Shown: positions 38,901-54,099 of the stretch, piece after piece | Numbering within the stretch: position 1 is the stretch's first letter | How the letters are laid out: the number at the start of each line of letters is the position of its first letter | NCBI GenBank assembly: GCA_964016885.1 | Contig: OZ024748.1 | Span: 37,448,001-37,512,000, forward strand | Direction of reading: 5' to 3' | Length of the DNA: 64,000 nucleotides | From: Eledone cirrhosa | Taxonomy: Eukaryota | The notes under the pieces: model-generated | The model's input: only the letters and a program-made list of their open reading frames with translations | Databases searched by the model: none | Told to the model about the DNA's origin: nothing | Position numbers and translations under genes: made by a program

Positions 38901-41900
38901 AGACAATGTCAGTGTCAGTGTTAACTACCTCTAGATCTAGTGTGACAATGTCAGTGTCAGTGTTAACTACCTCTAGATCTAGTATGACAATGTCAGTGTC
39001 AGGGTTAACTACCTCAAGATCTAGTGTGACGATGTTAGTGTCAGTGTTAAATACCTCTAGATCTAGTATGACGATGTCAGTGTCAGTGTTAACTACCACA
39101 AGATCTAGTGTGACAATGTTAGTGTCAGTGTTAACTACCTCTAGATATAGTATGACAATGTCAGTGTCAGTGTTTACTACCTCTAGATCTAGTATGACAA
39201 TGTTAGTGTCAGTGTTAACTACCTCTAGATCTAGTGTGACAATGTTAGTGTCAGTGTTAACTACCTCTAGATATAGTATGACAATGTCAGTGTCAGTGTT
39301 AACTACCTCTAGATCTAGTATGACAATGTCAGTGTCAGGGTTAACTACCTCAAGATCTAGTGTGACGATGTTAGTGTCAGTGTTAAATACCTCTAGATCT
39401 AGTATGACGATGTCAGTGTCAGTGTTAACTACCACAAGATCTAGTGTGACAATGTTAGTGTCAGTGTTAACTACCTCTAGATCTAGTATGACGATGTTAG
39501 TGTCAGTGTTAACTACCACAAGATCTAGTGTGACAATGTTAGTGTCAGTGTTAACTACCTCTAGATCTAGTATGACAATGTCAGTGTCAGTGTTAACTAC
39601 CACTAGATCTAGTATGACAATGTCACAGTTAACTACCTCTAGATCTAGTATGACAATGTCAGTGTCAGTGTTAACAACCTCTAGATCTACTATGACAATG
39701 TCAGTGTCAGTGTTAACTACCACTAGATCTAGTATGACAATGTCAGAGTTAACTACCTCTAGATGTAATATGACAATGTCAGTGTCAGTGTTAACTACCT
39801 CTAGATCTAGTATGACAATGTCAGTGTCAGTGTTAACTACCTCTAGATCTAGTGTGACAATGTCAGTGTCAGTGTTAACTACCTCTAGATCTAGTATGAC
39901 AATGTCAGTGTCAGTGTTAACTACCTCTAGATCTAGTGTGACAATGTCAGTGTCAGTGTTAACTACCTCTAGATCTAGTATGACAATGTTAGTGTCAGTG
40001 TTAACTATCTCTAGATCTAGTGTGACAATGTTAGTGTCAGTGTTAACTACCTCTAGATATAGTATGACAATGTCAGTGTCAGTGTTAACTACCTCTAGAT
40101 ATAGTATGACAATGTCAGTGTCAGTGTTTACTACCTCTAGATCTAGTATGACAATGTTAGTGTCAGTGTTAACTACCTCTAGATCTAGTGTGACAATGTT
40201 AGTGTCAGTGTTAACTACCTCTAGATATAGTGTGACAATGTTAGTGTCAGTGTTAACTACCACTAGATCTAGTGTGACAATGTTAGTGTCAGTGTTAACT
40301 ACCTCTAGATATAGTATGACAATGTCAGTGTCAGTGTTAACTACCTCTAGATCTAGTATGACAATGTCAGTGTCAGTGTTAACTACCACAAGATCTAGTG
40401 TGACAATGTTAGTGTCAGTGTTAACTACCTCTAGATATAGTATGACAATGTCAGTGTCAGTGTTTACTACCTCTAGATCTAGTATGACAATGTTAGTGTC
40501 AGTGTTAACTACCTCTAGATCTAGTGTGACAATGTTAGTGTCAGTGTTAACTACCTCTAGATATAGTATGACAATGTTAGTGTCAGTGTTAACTACCTCT
40601 AGATCTAGTATGACAATGTTAGTGTCAGTGTTAACTACCTCTAGATCTAGTATGACAATGTTAGTGTCAGTGTTAACTACCTCTAGATCTAGTGTGACAA
40701 TGTTAGTGTCAGTGTTAACTACCTCTAGATATAGTATGACAATGTCAGTGTCAGTGTTAACTACCTCTAGATCTAGTATGACAATGTCAGTGTCATGGTT
40801 AACTACCCCTAGATCTAGTGTGACAATGTTAGTGTCAGTGTTAACTACCACTAGATCTAGTATGACAATGTCAGTTTCAGTGTTAACTACCTCTAGATCT
40901 AGTATGACAATGTTAGTGTCAGTGTTAACTACCACTAGATCTAGTATGACAATGTCAGTGTCAGGGTTAACTACCTCAAGATCTAGTGTGACAATGTTAG
41001 TGTCAGTGTTAACTACCTCTAGATCTAGTATGACAATGTTAGTGTCAGTGTTAACTACCACTAGATCTAGTATGACAATGTCAGTGTCAGGGTTAACTAC
41101 CTCAAGATCTAGTGTGACAATGTCAGTGTCAGTGTTAACTACCTCTAGATCTAGTATGACAATGTCAGTGTCAGTGTTAACTACCTCTAGATCTAGTATA
41201 ACAATGTTAGTGTCAGTGTTAACTACCTCTAGATCTAGTATGACAATGTTAGTGTCAGTGTTAACTACCTCTAGATCTAGTGTGACAATGTTAGTGTCAG
41301 TGTTAACTACCTCAAGATCTAGTGTGACAATGTTAGTGTCAGTGTTAACTACCTCTAGTTATAGTATGACAATGTTAGTGTCAGTGTTAACTACCTGTAG
41401 ATCTAGTATGACAATATCAGTGTCAGTGTTAACTACCTCTAGATCTAGTATGACAATGTTAGTGACAGTGTTATCTACCTCTAGATCTAGTATGACAATG
41501 TCAGTGTCAGTGTTAACTACCTCTAGATCTAGTGGGACGATGTTAGTGTCAGTGTTAACTACCTGTAGATCTAGTATGACAATGTCAGTGTCAGGGTTAA
41601 CTAGCTCTAGATCTAGTATGACAATGTTAGTGTCAGTGTTAACTACCACTAGATCTAGTGTGACAATGTTAGTGTCAGTGTTAACTACCACTAGATCTAG
41701 TATGACAATGTCAGTGTCAGTGTTAACTACCTCTAGATCTAGTGTGACAATGTTAGTGTCAGTGTTAACTACCACTAGATCTAGTATGACAATGTCAGTG
41801 TCAGTGTTAACTACCTCTAGATCTAGTATGACAATGTTAGTGTCAGTGTTAACTACCTCTAGATATAGTATGACAATGTCAGTGTCAGTGTTAACTACCT

Positions 41901-44234
41901 CTAGATCTAGTATGACAATGTCAGTGTCAGTGTTAACTACCACAAGATCTAGTGTGACAATGTTAGTGTCAGTGTTAACTACCTCTAGATATAGTATGAC
42001 AATGTCAGTGTCAGTGTTTACCAACTCTAGATCTAGTATGACAATGTTAGTGTCAGTTTTAACTACCTCTAGATCTAGTGTGACAATGTTAGTGTCAGTG
42101 TTAACTACCTCTAGATATAGTATGACAATGTCAGTGTCAGTGTTTACTACCTCTAGATCTAGTATGACAATGTCAGTGTCAGTGTTAACTACCTCTAGAT
42201 CTAGTATGACAATGTCAGTGTCAGTGTTAACTACCACTAGATCTAGTATGACAATGTCAGTGTCAGTGTTAACTACCACTATATCTAGTATGACAATGTC
42301 AGAGTTAACTACCTCTAGATCTAGTATGACAATGTCAGTGTCAGTGTTAACTACCTCTATATCTAGTATGACAATGTCAGTGTCAGTGTTAACTACCACT
42401 AGATCTAGTATGACAATGTCAGAGTTAACTACCTCTAGATCTAATATGACAATGTCAGTGTCAGTGTTAACTACCTCTAGATCTAGTGTGACAATGTTAG
42501 TGTCAGTGTTAACTACCTCTAGATCTAGTATGACAATGTTAGTGTCAGTGTTAACTACCACTAGGTCTAGTATGACAATGTCAGTGTCAGTGTTAACTAC
42601 CTCTAGATCTAGTATGACAATGTCAGTGTCAGTGTTAACTACCTCTAGATCTAGTATGACAATGTTAGTGTCAGTGTTAACTACCACTAGATCTAGTATG
42701 ACAATGTCAGTGTCAGTGTTAACTACCTCTAGATCTAGTATGACAATGTTAGTGTCAGTGTTAACTACCTCTAGATCTAGTATGACAATGTTACTGTCAG
42801 TGTTAACTACCTCTAGATCTAGTGTGACAATGTTAGTGTCAGTGTTAACTACCTCTAGATCTAGTATGACAATGTCAGTGTCAGTGTTAACTACCTCTAG
42901 ATCTAGTATAACAATGTCAGTGTCAGTGTTAACTACCTCTAGATCTAGTAAGACAATGTCAGTGTCAGTGTTAACTACCTCTAGATCTAGTATGACAATA
43001 TCAGTGTCAGTGTTAACTACCTCTAGATCTAGTAAGACAATGTCAGTGTCAGTGTTAACTACCTCTAGATCTAGTGTGACAATGTCAGTGTCAGTGTTAA
43101 CTACCTCTAGATCTAGTATGACAATGTCAGTGTCAGGGTTAACTACCTCAAGATCTAGTGTGACGATGTTAGTGTCAGTGTTAAATACCTCTAGATCTAG
43201 TATGACGATGTCAGTGTCAGTGTTAACTACCACAAGATCTAGTGTGACAATGTTAGTGTCAGTGTTAACTACCTCTAGATATAGTATGACAATGTCAGTG
43301 TCAGTGTTTACTACCTCTAGATCTAGTATGACAATGTTAGTGTCAGTGTTAACTACCTCTAGATCTAGTGTGACAATGTTAGTGTCAGTGTTAACTACCT
43401 CTAGATATAGTATGACAATGTCAGTGTCAGTGTTAACTACCTCTAGATCTAGTATGACAATGTCAGTGTCAGGGTTAACTACCTCAAGATCTAGTGTGAC
43501 GATGTTAGTGTCAGTGTTAAATACCTCTAGATCTAGTATGACGATGTCAGTGTCAGTGTTAACTACCACAAGATCTAGTGTGACAATGTTAGTGTCAGTG
43601 TTAACTACCTCTAGATCTAGTATGACGATGTTAGTGTCAGTGTTAACTACCACAAGATCTAGTGTGACAATGTTAGTGTCAGTGTTAACTACCTCTAGAT
43701 CTAGTATGACAATGTCAGTGTCAGTGTTAACTACCACTAGATCTAGTATGACAATGTCACAGTTAACTACCTCTAGATCTAGTATGACAATGTCAGTGTC
43801 AGTGTTAACAACCTCTAGATCTACTATGACAATGTCAGTGTCAGTGTTAACTACCACTAGATCTAGTATGACAATGTCAGAGTTAACTACCTCTAGATGT
43901 AATATGACAATGTCAGTGTCAGTGTTAACTACCTCTAGATCTAGTATGACAATGTCAGTGTCAGTGTTAACTACCTCTAGATCTAGTGTGACAATGTCAG
44001 TGTCAGTGTTAACTACCTCTAGATCTAGTATGACAATGTCAGTGTCAGTGTTAACTACCTCTAGATCTAGTGTGACAATGTCAGTGTCAGTGTTAACTAC
44101 CTCTAGATCTAGTATGACAATGTTAGTGTCAGTGTTAACTATCTCTAGATCTAGTGTGACAATGTTAGTGTCAGTGTTAACTACCTCTAGATATAGTATG
44201 ACAATGTCAGTGTCAGTGTTAACTACCTCTAGAT
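35941..44234 (+). repeat. Near-perfect tandem duplication of a 4134-bp block (99 monomers including four 36-mers)
   Basis: ACCCCT 36671/40805, AGTTAT 37223/41357, TCACAG 39623/43757; 4134 = 99x42 - 4x6. Confidence 0.9.
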
Positions 44235-47200
44235 CTAGTATGACAATGTCAGTGTCAGTGTTAACTACCACAAGATCTAGTGTGACAATGTTAGTGTCAG
44301 TGTTAACTACCTCTAGATATAGTATGACAATGTCAGTGTCAGTGTTTACTACCTCTAGATCTAGTATGACAATGTTAGTGTCAGTGTTAACTACCTCTAG
44401 ATCTAGTGTGACAATGTTAGTGTCAGTGTTAACTACCTCTAGATATAGTATGACAATGTTAGTGTCAGTGTTAACTACCTCTAGATCTAGTATGACAATG
44501 TTAGTGTCAGTGTTTAACTACCTCTAGATCTAGTATGACAATGTTAGTGTCAGTGTTAACTACCTCTAGATCTAGTGTGACAATGTTAGTGTCAGTGTTA
44601 ACTACCTCTAGATATAGTATGACAATGTCAGTGTCAGTGTTAACTACCTCTAGATCTAGTATGACAATGTCAGTGTCATGGTTAACTACCTCTAGATCTA
44701 GTGTGACAATGTTAGTGTCAGTGTTAACTACCACTAGATCTAGTATGACAATGTCAGTGTCAGTGTTAACTCCCTCTAGATCTAGTATGACAATGTTAGT
44801 GTCAGTGTTAACTACCACTAGATCTAGTATGACAATGTCAGTGTCAGGGTTAACTACCTCAAGATCTAGTGTGACAATGTTAGTGTCAGTGTTAACTACC
44901 TCTAGATCTAGTATGACAATGTTAGTGTCAGTGTTATCTACCTCTAGATCTAGTATGACAATGTCAGTGTCAGTGTTAACTACCTCTAGATCTAGTGAGA
45001 CGATGTTAGTGTCAGTGTTAACTACCTGTAGATCTAGTATGACAATGTCAGTGTCAGGGTTAACTAGCTCTAGATCTAGTATGACAATGTTAGTGTCAGT
45101 GTTAACTACCACTAGATCTAGTGTGACAATGTTAGTGTCAGTGTTAACTACCACTAGATCTAGTATGACAATGTCAGTGTCAGTGTTAACTACCTCTAGA
45201 TCTAGTGTGACAATGTTAGTGTCAGTGTTAACTACCACTAGATCTAGTATGACAATGTCAGTGTCAGTGTTAACTACCTCTAGATCTAGTATGACAATGT
45301 TAGTGTCAGTGTTAACTACCTCTAGATCTAGTGTGACAATGTCAGTGTCAGTGTTAACTACCTCTAGATCTAGTATGACAATGTTAGTGTCAGTGTTAAC
45401 TATCTCTAGATCTAGTGTGACAATGTTAGTGTCAGTGTTAACTACCTCTAGATATAGTATGACAATGTCAGTGTCAGTGTTAACTACCTCTAGATCTAGT
45501 ATGACAATGTCAGTGTCAGTGTTAACTACCACAAGATCTAGTGTGACAATGTTAGTGTCAGTGTTAACTACCTCTAGATATAGTATGACAATGTCAGTGT
45601 CAGTGTTTACTACCTCTAGATCTAGTATGACAATGTTAGTGTCAGTTTTAACTACCTCTAGATCTAGTGTGACAATGTTAGTGTCAGTGTTAACTACCTC
45701 TAGATATAGTATGACAATGTCAGTGTCAGTGTTTACTACCTCTAGATCTAGTATGACAATGTTAGTGTCAGTGTTAACTACCTCTAGATCTAGTGTGACA
45801 ATGTTAGTGTCAGTGTTAACTACCTCTAGATATAGTATGACAATGTCAGTGTCAGTGTTAACTACCTCTAGATCTAGTATGACAATGTCAGTGTCAGTGT
45901 TAACTACCTCTAGATCTAGTATGACAATGTCAGTGTCAGTGTTAACTACCACTAGATCTAGTATGACAATGTCAGTGTCAGTGTTAACTACCACTAGATC
46001 TAGTATGACAATGTCAGAGTTAACTACCTCTAGATCTAGTATGACAATGTCAGTGTCAGTGTTAACTACCTCTATATCTAGTATGACAATGTCAGTGTCA
46101 GTGTTAACTACCACTAGATCTAGTATGACAATGTCAGAGTTAACTACCTCTAGATCTAATATGACAATGTCAGTGTCAGTGTTAACTACCTCTAGATCTA
46201 GTGTGACAATGTTAGTGTCAGTGTTAACTACCTCTAGATCTAGTATGACAATGTTAGTGTCAGTGTTAACTACCACTAGGTCTAGTATGACAATGTCAGT
46301 GTCAGTGTTAACTACCTCTAGATCTAGTATGACAATGTCAGTGTCAGTGTTAACTACCTCTAGATCTAGTATGACAATGTTAGTGTCAGTGTTAACTACC
46401 ACTAGATCTAGTATGACAATGTCAGTGTCAGTGTTAACTACCTCTAGATCTAGTATGACAATGTTAGTGTCAGTGTTAACTACCTCTAGATCTAGTATGA
46501 CAATGTTAGTGTCAGTGTTAACTACCTCTAGATCTAGTGTGACAATGTTAGTGTCAGTGTTAACTACCTCTAGATCTAGTATGACAATGTCAGTGTCAGT
46601 GTTAACTACCTCTAGATCTAGTATGACAATGTCAGTGTCAGTGTTAACTACCTCTAGATCTAGTATAACAATGTTAGTGTCAGTGTTAACTACCTCTAGA
46701 TCTAGTGTGACAATGTCAGTGTCAGTGTTAACTACCTCTAGATCTAGTATGACAATGTTAGTGTCAGTGTTAACTATCTCTAGATCTAGTGTGACAATGT
46801 TAGTGTCAGTGTTAACTACCTCTAGATATAGTATGACAATGTCAGTGTCAGTGTTAACTACCTCTAGATCTAGTATGACAATGTCAGTGTCAGTGTTAAC
46901 TACCACAAGATCTAGTGTGACAATGTTAGTGTCAGTGTTAACTACCTCTAGATATAGTATGACAATGTCAGTGTCAGTGTTTACTACCTCTAGATCTAGT
47001 ATGACAATGTTAGTGTCAGTTTTAACTACCTCTAGATCTAGTGTGACAATGTTAGTGTCAGTGTTAACTACCTCTAGATATAGTATGACAATGTCAGTGT
47101 CAGTGTTTACTACCTCTAGATCTAGTATGACAATGTTAGTGTCAGTGTTAACTACCTCTAGATCTAGTGTGACAATGTTAGTGTCAGTGTTAACTACCTC

Positions 47201-50200
47201 TAGATATAGTATGACAATGTCAGTGTCAGTGTTAACTACCTCTAGATCTAGTATGACAATGTCAGTGTCAGTGTTAACTACCTCTAGATCTAGTATGACA
47301 ATGTCAGTGTCAGTGTTAACTACCACTAGATCTAGTATGACAATGTCAGTGTCAGTGTTAACTACCACTAGATCTAGTATGACAATGTCAGAGTTAACTA
47401 CCTCTAGATCTAGTATGACAATGTCAGTGTCAGTGTTAACTACCTCTATATCTAGTATGACAATGTCAGTGTCAGTGTTAACTACCACTAGATCTAGTAT
47501 GACAATGTCAGAGTTAACTACCTCTAGATCTAATATGACAATGTCAGTGTCAGTGTTAACTACCTCTAGATCTAGTGTGACAATGTTAGTGTCAGTGTTA
47601 ACTACCTCTAGATCTAGTATGACAATGTTAGTGTCAGTGTTAACTACCACTAGGTCTAGTATGACAATGTCAGTGTCAGTGTTAACTACCTCTAGATCTA
47701 GTATGACAATGTCAGTGTCAGTGTTAACTACCTCTAGATCTAGTATGACAATGTTAGTGTCAGTGTTAACTACCACTAGATCTAGTATGACAATGTCAGT
47801 GTCAGTGTTAACTACCTCTAGATCTAGTATGACAATGTTAGTGTCAGTGTTAACTACCTCTAGATCTAGTATGACAATGTTAGTGTCAGTGTTAACTACC
47901 TCTAGATCTAGTGTGACAATGTTAGTGTCAGTGTTAACTACCTCTAGATCTAGTATGACAATGTCAGTGTCAGTGTTAACTACCTCTAGATCTAGTATGA
48001 CAATGTCAGTGTCAGTGTTAACTACCTCTAGATCTAGTAAGACAATGTCAGTGTCAGTGTTAACTACCTCTAGATCTAGTATGACAATGTCAGTGTCAGT
48101 GTTAACTACCTCTAGATCTAGTAAGACAATGTCAGTGTCAGTGTTAACTACCTCTAGATCTAGTGTGACAATGTTAGTGTCAGTGTTAACTACCTCTAGA
48201 TCTAGTGTGACAATGTTAGTGTCAGTGTTAACTACCACTAGATCTAGTATGACAATGTCAGTGTCAGTGTTAACTACCTCTAGATCTAGTATGACAATGT
48301 TAGTGTCAGTGTTAACTACCTCTAGATCTAGTGTGACAATGTCAGTGTCAGTGTTAACTACCTCTAGATCTAGTATGACAATGTTAGTGTCAGTGTTAAC
48401 TATCTCTAGATCTAGTGTGACAATGTTAGTGTCAGTGTTAACTACCTCTAGATATAGTATGACAATGTTAGTGTCAGTGTTAACTATCTCTAGATCTAGT
48501 GTGACAATGTTAGTGTCAGTGTTAACTACCTCTAGATATAGTATGACAATGTCAGTGTCAGTGTTAACTACCTCTAGATCTAGTATGACAATGTCAGTGT
48601 CAGTGTTAACTACCACAAGATCTAGTGTGACAATGTTAGTGTCAGTGTTAACTACCTCTAGATATAGTATGACAATGTCAGTGTCAGTGTTTACTACCTC
48701 TAGATCTAGTATGACAATGTTAGTGTCAGTGTTAACTACCTCTAGATCTAGTGTGACAATGTTAGTGTCAGTGTTAACTACCTCTAGATATAGTATGACA
48801 ATGTTAGTGTCAGTGTTAACTACCTCTAGATCTAGTATGACAATGTTAGTGTCAGTGTTTAACTACCTCTAGATCTAGTATGACAATGTTAGTGTCAGTG
48901 TTAACTACCTCTAGATCTAGTGTGACAATGTTAGTGTCAGTGTTAACTACCTCTAGATATAGTATGACAATGTCAGTGTCAGTGTTAACTACCTCTAGAT
49001 CTAGTATGACAATGTCAGTGTCATGGTTAACTACCTCTAGATCTAGTGTGACAATGTTAGTGTCAGTGTTAACTACCACTAGATCTAGTATGACAATGTC
49101 AGTGTCAGTGTTAACTCCCTCTAGATCTAGTATGACAATGTTAGTGTCAGTGTTAACTACCACTAGATCTAGTATGACAATGTCAGTGTCAGGGTTAACT
49201 ACCTCAAGATCTAGTGTGACAATGTTAGTGTCAGTGTTAACTACCTCTAGATCTAGTATGACAATGTTAGTGTCAGTGTTATCTACCTCTAGATCTAGTA
49301 TGACAATGTCAGTGTCAGTGTTAACTACCTCTAGATCTAGTGAGACGATGTTAGTGTCAGTGTTAACTACCTGTAGATCTAGTATGACAATGTCAGTGTC
49401 AGGGTTAACTAGCTCTAGATCTAGTATGACAATGTTAGTGTCAGTGTTAACTACCACTAGATCTAGTGTGACAATGTTAGTGTCAGTGTTAACTACCACT
49501 AGATCTAGTATGACAATGTCAGTGTCAGTGTTAACTACCTCTAGATCTAGTGTGACAATGTTAGTGTCAGTGTTAACTACCACTAGATCTAGTATGACAA
49601 TGTCAGTGTCAGTGTTAACTACCTCTAGATCTAGTATGACAATGTTAGTGTCAGTGTTAACTACCTCTAGATCTAGTGTGACAATGTCAGTGTCAGTGTT
49701 AACTACCTCTAGATCTAGTATGACAATGTTAGTGTCAGTGTTAACTATCTCTAGATCTAGTGTGACAATGTTAGTGTCAGTGTTAACTACCTCTAGATAT
49801 AGTATGACAATGTCAGTGTCAGTGTTAACTACCTCTAGATCTAGTATGACAATGTCAGTGTCAGTGTTAACTACCACAAGATCTAGTGTGACAATGTTAG
49901 TGTCAGTGTTAACTACCTCTAGATATAGTATGACAATGTCAGTGTCAGTGTTTACTACCTCTAGATCTAGTATGACAATGTTAGTGTCAGTTTTAACTAC
50001 CTCTAGATCTAGTGTGACAATGTTAGTGTCAGTGTTAACTACCTCTAGATATAGTATGACAATGTCAGTGTCAGTGTTTACTACCTCTAGATCTAGTATG
50101 ACAATGTTAGTGTCAGTGTTAACTACCTCTAGATCTAGTGTGACAATGTTAGTGTCAGTGTTAACTACCTCTAGATATAGTATGACAATGTCAGTGTCAG

Positions 50201-52813
50201 TGTTAACTACCTCTAGATCTAGTATGACAATGTCAGTGTCAGTGTTAACTACCTCTAGATCTAGTATGACAATGTCAGTGTCAGTGTTAACTACCACTAG
50301 ATCTAGTATGACAATGTCAGTGTCAGTGTTAACTACCACTAGATCTAGTATGACAATGTCAGAGTTAACTACCTCTAGATCTAGTATGACAATGTCAGTG
50401 TCAGTGTTAACTACCTCTATATCTAGTATGACAATGTCAGTGTCAGTGTTAACTACCACTAGATCTAGTATGACAATGTCAGAGTTAACTACCTCTAGAT
50501 CTAATATGACAATGTCAGTGTCAGTGTTAACTACCTCTAGATCTAGTGTGACAATGTTAGTGTCAGTGTTAACTACCTCTAGATCTAGTATGACAATGTT
50601 AGTGTCAGTGTTAACTACCACTAGGTCTAGTATGACAATGTCAGTGTCAGTGTTAACTACCTCTAGATCTAGTATGACAATGTCAGTGTCAGTGTTAACT
50701 ACCTCTAGATCTAGTATGACAATGTTAGTGTCAGTGTTAACTACCACTAGATCTAGTATGACAATGTCAGTGTCAGTGTTAACTACCTCTAGATCTAGTA
50801 TGACAATGTTAGTGTCAGTGTTAACTACCTCTAGATCTAGTATGACAATGTTAGTGTCAGTGTTAACTACCTCTAGATCTAGTGTGACAATGTTAGTGTC
50901 AGTGTTAACTACCTCTAGATCTAGTATGACAATGTCAGTGTCAGTGTTAACTACCTCTAGATCTAGTATGACAATGTCAGTGTCAGTGTTAACTACCTCT
51001 AGATCTAGTATAACAATGTTAGTGTCAGTGTTAACTACCTCTAGATCTAGTGTGACAATGTCAGTGTCAGTGTTAACTACCTCTAGATCTAGTATGACAA
51101 TGTTAGTGTCAGTGTTAACTATCTCTAGATCTAGTGTGACAATGTTAGTGTCAGTGTTAACTACCTCTAGATATAGTATGACAATGTCAGTGTCAGTGTT
51201 AACTACCTCTAGATCTAGTATGACAATGTCAGTGTCAGTGTTAACTACCACAAGATCTAGTGTGACAATGTTAGTGTCAGTGTTAACTACCTCTAGATAT
51301 AGTATGACAATGTCAGTGTCAGTGTTTACTACCTCTAGATCTAGTATGACAATGTTAGTGTCAGTTTTAACTACCTCTAGATCTAGTGTGACAATGTTAG
51401 TGTCAGTGTTAACTACCTCTAGATATAGTATGACAATGTCAGTGTCAGTGTTTACTACCTCTAGATCTAGTATGACAATGTTAGTGTCAGTGTTAACTAC
51501 CTCTAGATCTAGTGTGACAATGTTAGTGTCAGTGTTAACTACCTCTAGATATAGTATGACAATGTCAGTGTCAGTGTTAACTACCTCTAGATCTAGTATG
51601 ACAATGTCAGTGTCAGTGTTAACTACCTCTAGATCTAGTATGACAATGTCAGTGTCAGTGTTAACTACCACTAGATCTAGTATGACAATGTCAGTGTCAG
51701 TGTTAACTACCACTAGATCTAGTATGACAATGTCAGAGTTAACTACCTCTAGATCTAGTATGACAATGTCAGTGTCAGTGTTAACTACCTCTATATCTAG
51801 TATGACAATGTCAGTGTCAGTGTTAACTACCACTAGATCTAGTATGACAATGTCAGAGTTAACTACCTCTAGATCTAATATGACAATGTCAGTGTCAGTG
51901 TTAACTACCTCTAGATCTAGTGTGACAATGTTAGTGTCAGTGTTAACTACCTCTAGATCTAGTATGACAATGTTAGTGTCAGTGTTAACTACCACTAGGT
52001 CTAGTATGACAATGTCAGTGTCAGTGTTAACTACCTCTAGATCTAGTATGACAATGTCAGTGTCAGTGTTAACTACCTCTAGATCTAGTATGACAATGTT
52101 AGTGTCAGTGTTAACTACCACTAGATCTAGTATGACAATGTCAGTGTCAGTGTTAACTACCTCTAGATCTAGTATGACAATGTTAGTGTCAGTGTTAACT
52201 ACCTCTAGATCTAGTATGACAATGTTAGTGTCAGTGTTAACTACCTCTAGATCTAGTGTGACAATGTTAGTGTCAGTGTTAACTACCTCTAGATCTAGTA
52301 TGACAATGTCAGTGTCAGTGTTAACTACCTCTAGATCTAGTATGACAATGTCAGTGTCAGTGTTAACTACCTCTAGATCTAGTAAGACAATGTCAGTGTC
52401 AGTGTTAACTACCTCTAGATCTAGTATGACAATGTCAGTGTCAGTGTTAACTACCTCTAGATCTAGTAAGACAATGTCAGTGTCAGTGTTAACTACCTCT
52501 AGATCTAGTGTGACAATGTTAGTGTCAGTGTTAACTACCTCTAGATCTAGTGTGACAATGTTAGTGTCAGTGTTAACTACCACTAGATCTAGTATGACAA
52601 TGTCAGTGTCAGTGTTAACTACCTCTAGATCTAGTATGACAATGTTAGTGTCAGTGTTAACTACCTCTAGATCTAGTGTGACAATGTCAGTGTCAGTGTT
52701 AACTACCTCTAGATCTAGTATGACAATGTTAGTGTCAGTGTTAACTATCTCTAGATCTAGTGTGACAATGTTAGTGTCAGTGTTAACTACCTCTAGATAT
52801 AGTATGACAATGT
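44110..52813 (+). repeat. Near-perfect tandem duplication of a 4345-bp block (104 monomers)
   Basis: The +1 T insertion GTGTTTAAC occurs at 44513-44515 and 48858-48860; ATCTCT 44141/48486; 4345 = 104x42 - 4x6 + 1. Confidence 0.9.
45294..48039 (+). repeat. Nested tandem duplication of a 1374-bp block (33 monomers), repeated at about 49639-52384
   Basis: 36-mer pairs at 46017/46137 versus 47391/47511, and 50362/50482 versus 51736/51856; 1374 = 33x42 - 2x6. Confidence 0.85.
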
Positions 52814-54099
52814 CAGTGTCAGTGTTAACTACCTCTAGATCTAGTATGACAATGTCAGTGTCAGTGTTAACTACCACAAGATCTAGTGTGACAATGTTAG
52901 TGTCAGTGTTAACTACCTCTAGATATAGTATGACAATGTCAGTGTCAGTGTTTACTACCTCTAGATCTAGTATGACAATGTTAGTGTCAGTGTTAACTAC
53001 CTCTAGATCTAGTGTGACAATGTTAGTGTCAGTGTTAACTACCTCTAGATATAGTATGACAATGTCAGTGTCAGTGTTAACTACCACAAGATCTAGTGTG
53101 ACAATGTTAGTGTCAGTGTTAACTACCTGTAGATATAGTATGACAATGTCAGTGTCAGTGTTTACTACCTCTAGATCTAGTATGACAATGTTAGTGTCAG
53201 TGTTAACTACCTCTAGATCTAGTGTGACAATGTTAGTGTCAGTGTTAACTACCTCTAGATCTAGTATGACAATGTCAGTGTCAGTGTTAACTACCTCTAG
53301 ATCTAGTATTACAATGTTAGTGTCAGTGTTAACTACCACTAGATCTAGTATGACAATGTCAGTGTCAGTGTTAACTACCTCTAGATCTAGTATGACAATG
53401 TTAGTGTCAGTGTTAACTACCTCTAGATCTAGTATGACAATGTTAGTGTCAGTGTTAACTACCTCTAGATCTAGTGTGACAATGTTAGTGTCAGTGTTAA
53501 CTACCTCTAGATCTAGTATGACAATGTCAGTGTCAGTGTTAACTACCTCTAGATCTAGTATGACAATGTCAGTGTCATGGTTAACTACCTCTAGATCTAG
53601 TATGACAATGTTAGTGTCAGTGTTAACTACCACTAGATCTAGTGTGACAATGTTAGTGTCAGTGTTAACTACCACTAGATCTAGTATGACAATGTCAGTG
53701 TCACTGTTAACTACCTCTAGATCTAGTGTGACAATGTTAGTGTCAGTGTTAACTACCACTAGATCTAGTGTGACAATGTTAGTGTCAGTGTTAACTACCA
53801 CTAGATCTAGTATGACAATGTCAGTGTCAGTGTTAACTACCTCTAGATCTAGTATGACAATGTTAGTGTCAGTGTTAACTACCTCTAGATCTAGTGTGAC
53901 AATGTCAGTGTCAGTGTTAACTACCTCTAGATCTAGTATGACAATGTTAGTGTCAGTGTTAACTATCTCTAGATCTAGTGTGACAATGTTAGTGTCAGTG
54001 TTAACTACCTCTAGATCTAGTATGACAATGTCAGTGTCAGTGATAACTACCTCTAGATCTAGTATGACAATGTCAGTGTCAGTGTTAACTACCACTAGA

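Noticed and set aside
1803-48616. Minus-strand ORFs (VVNTDTDIVILDLE repeats) as separate genes
   Set aside because: Their ends are the recurring AGTTAT variant (TAA on the minus strand) or 1-bp indels, and their starts are arbitrary GTG/TTG codons within repeat units.
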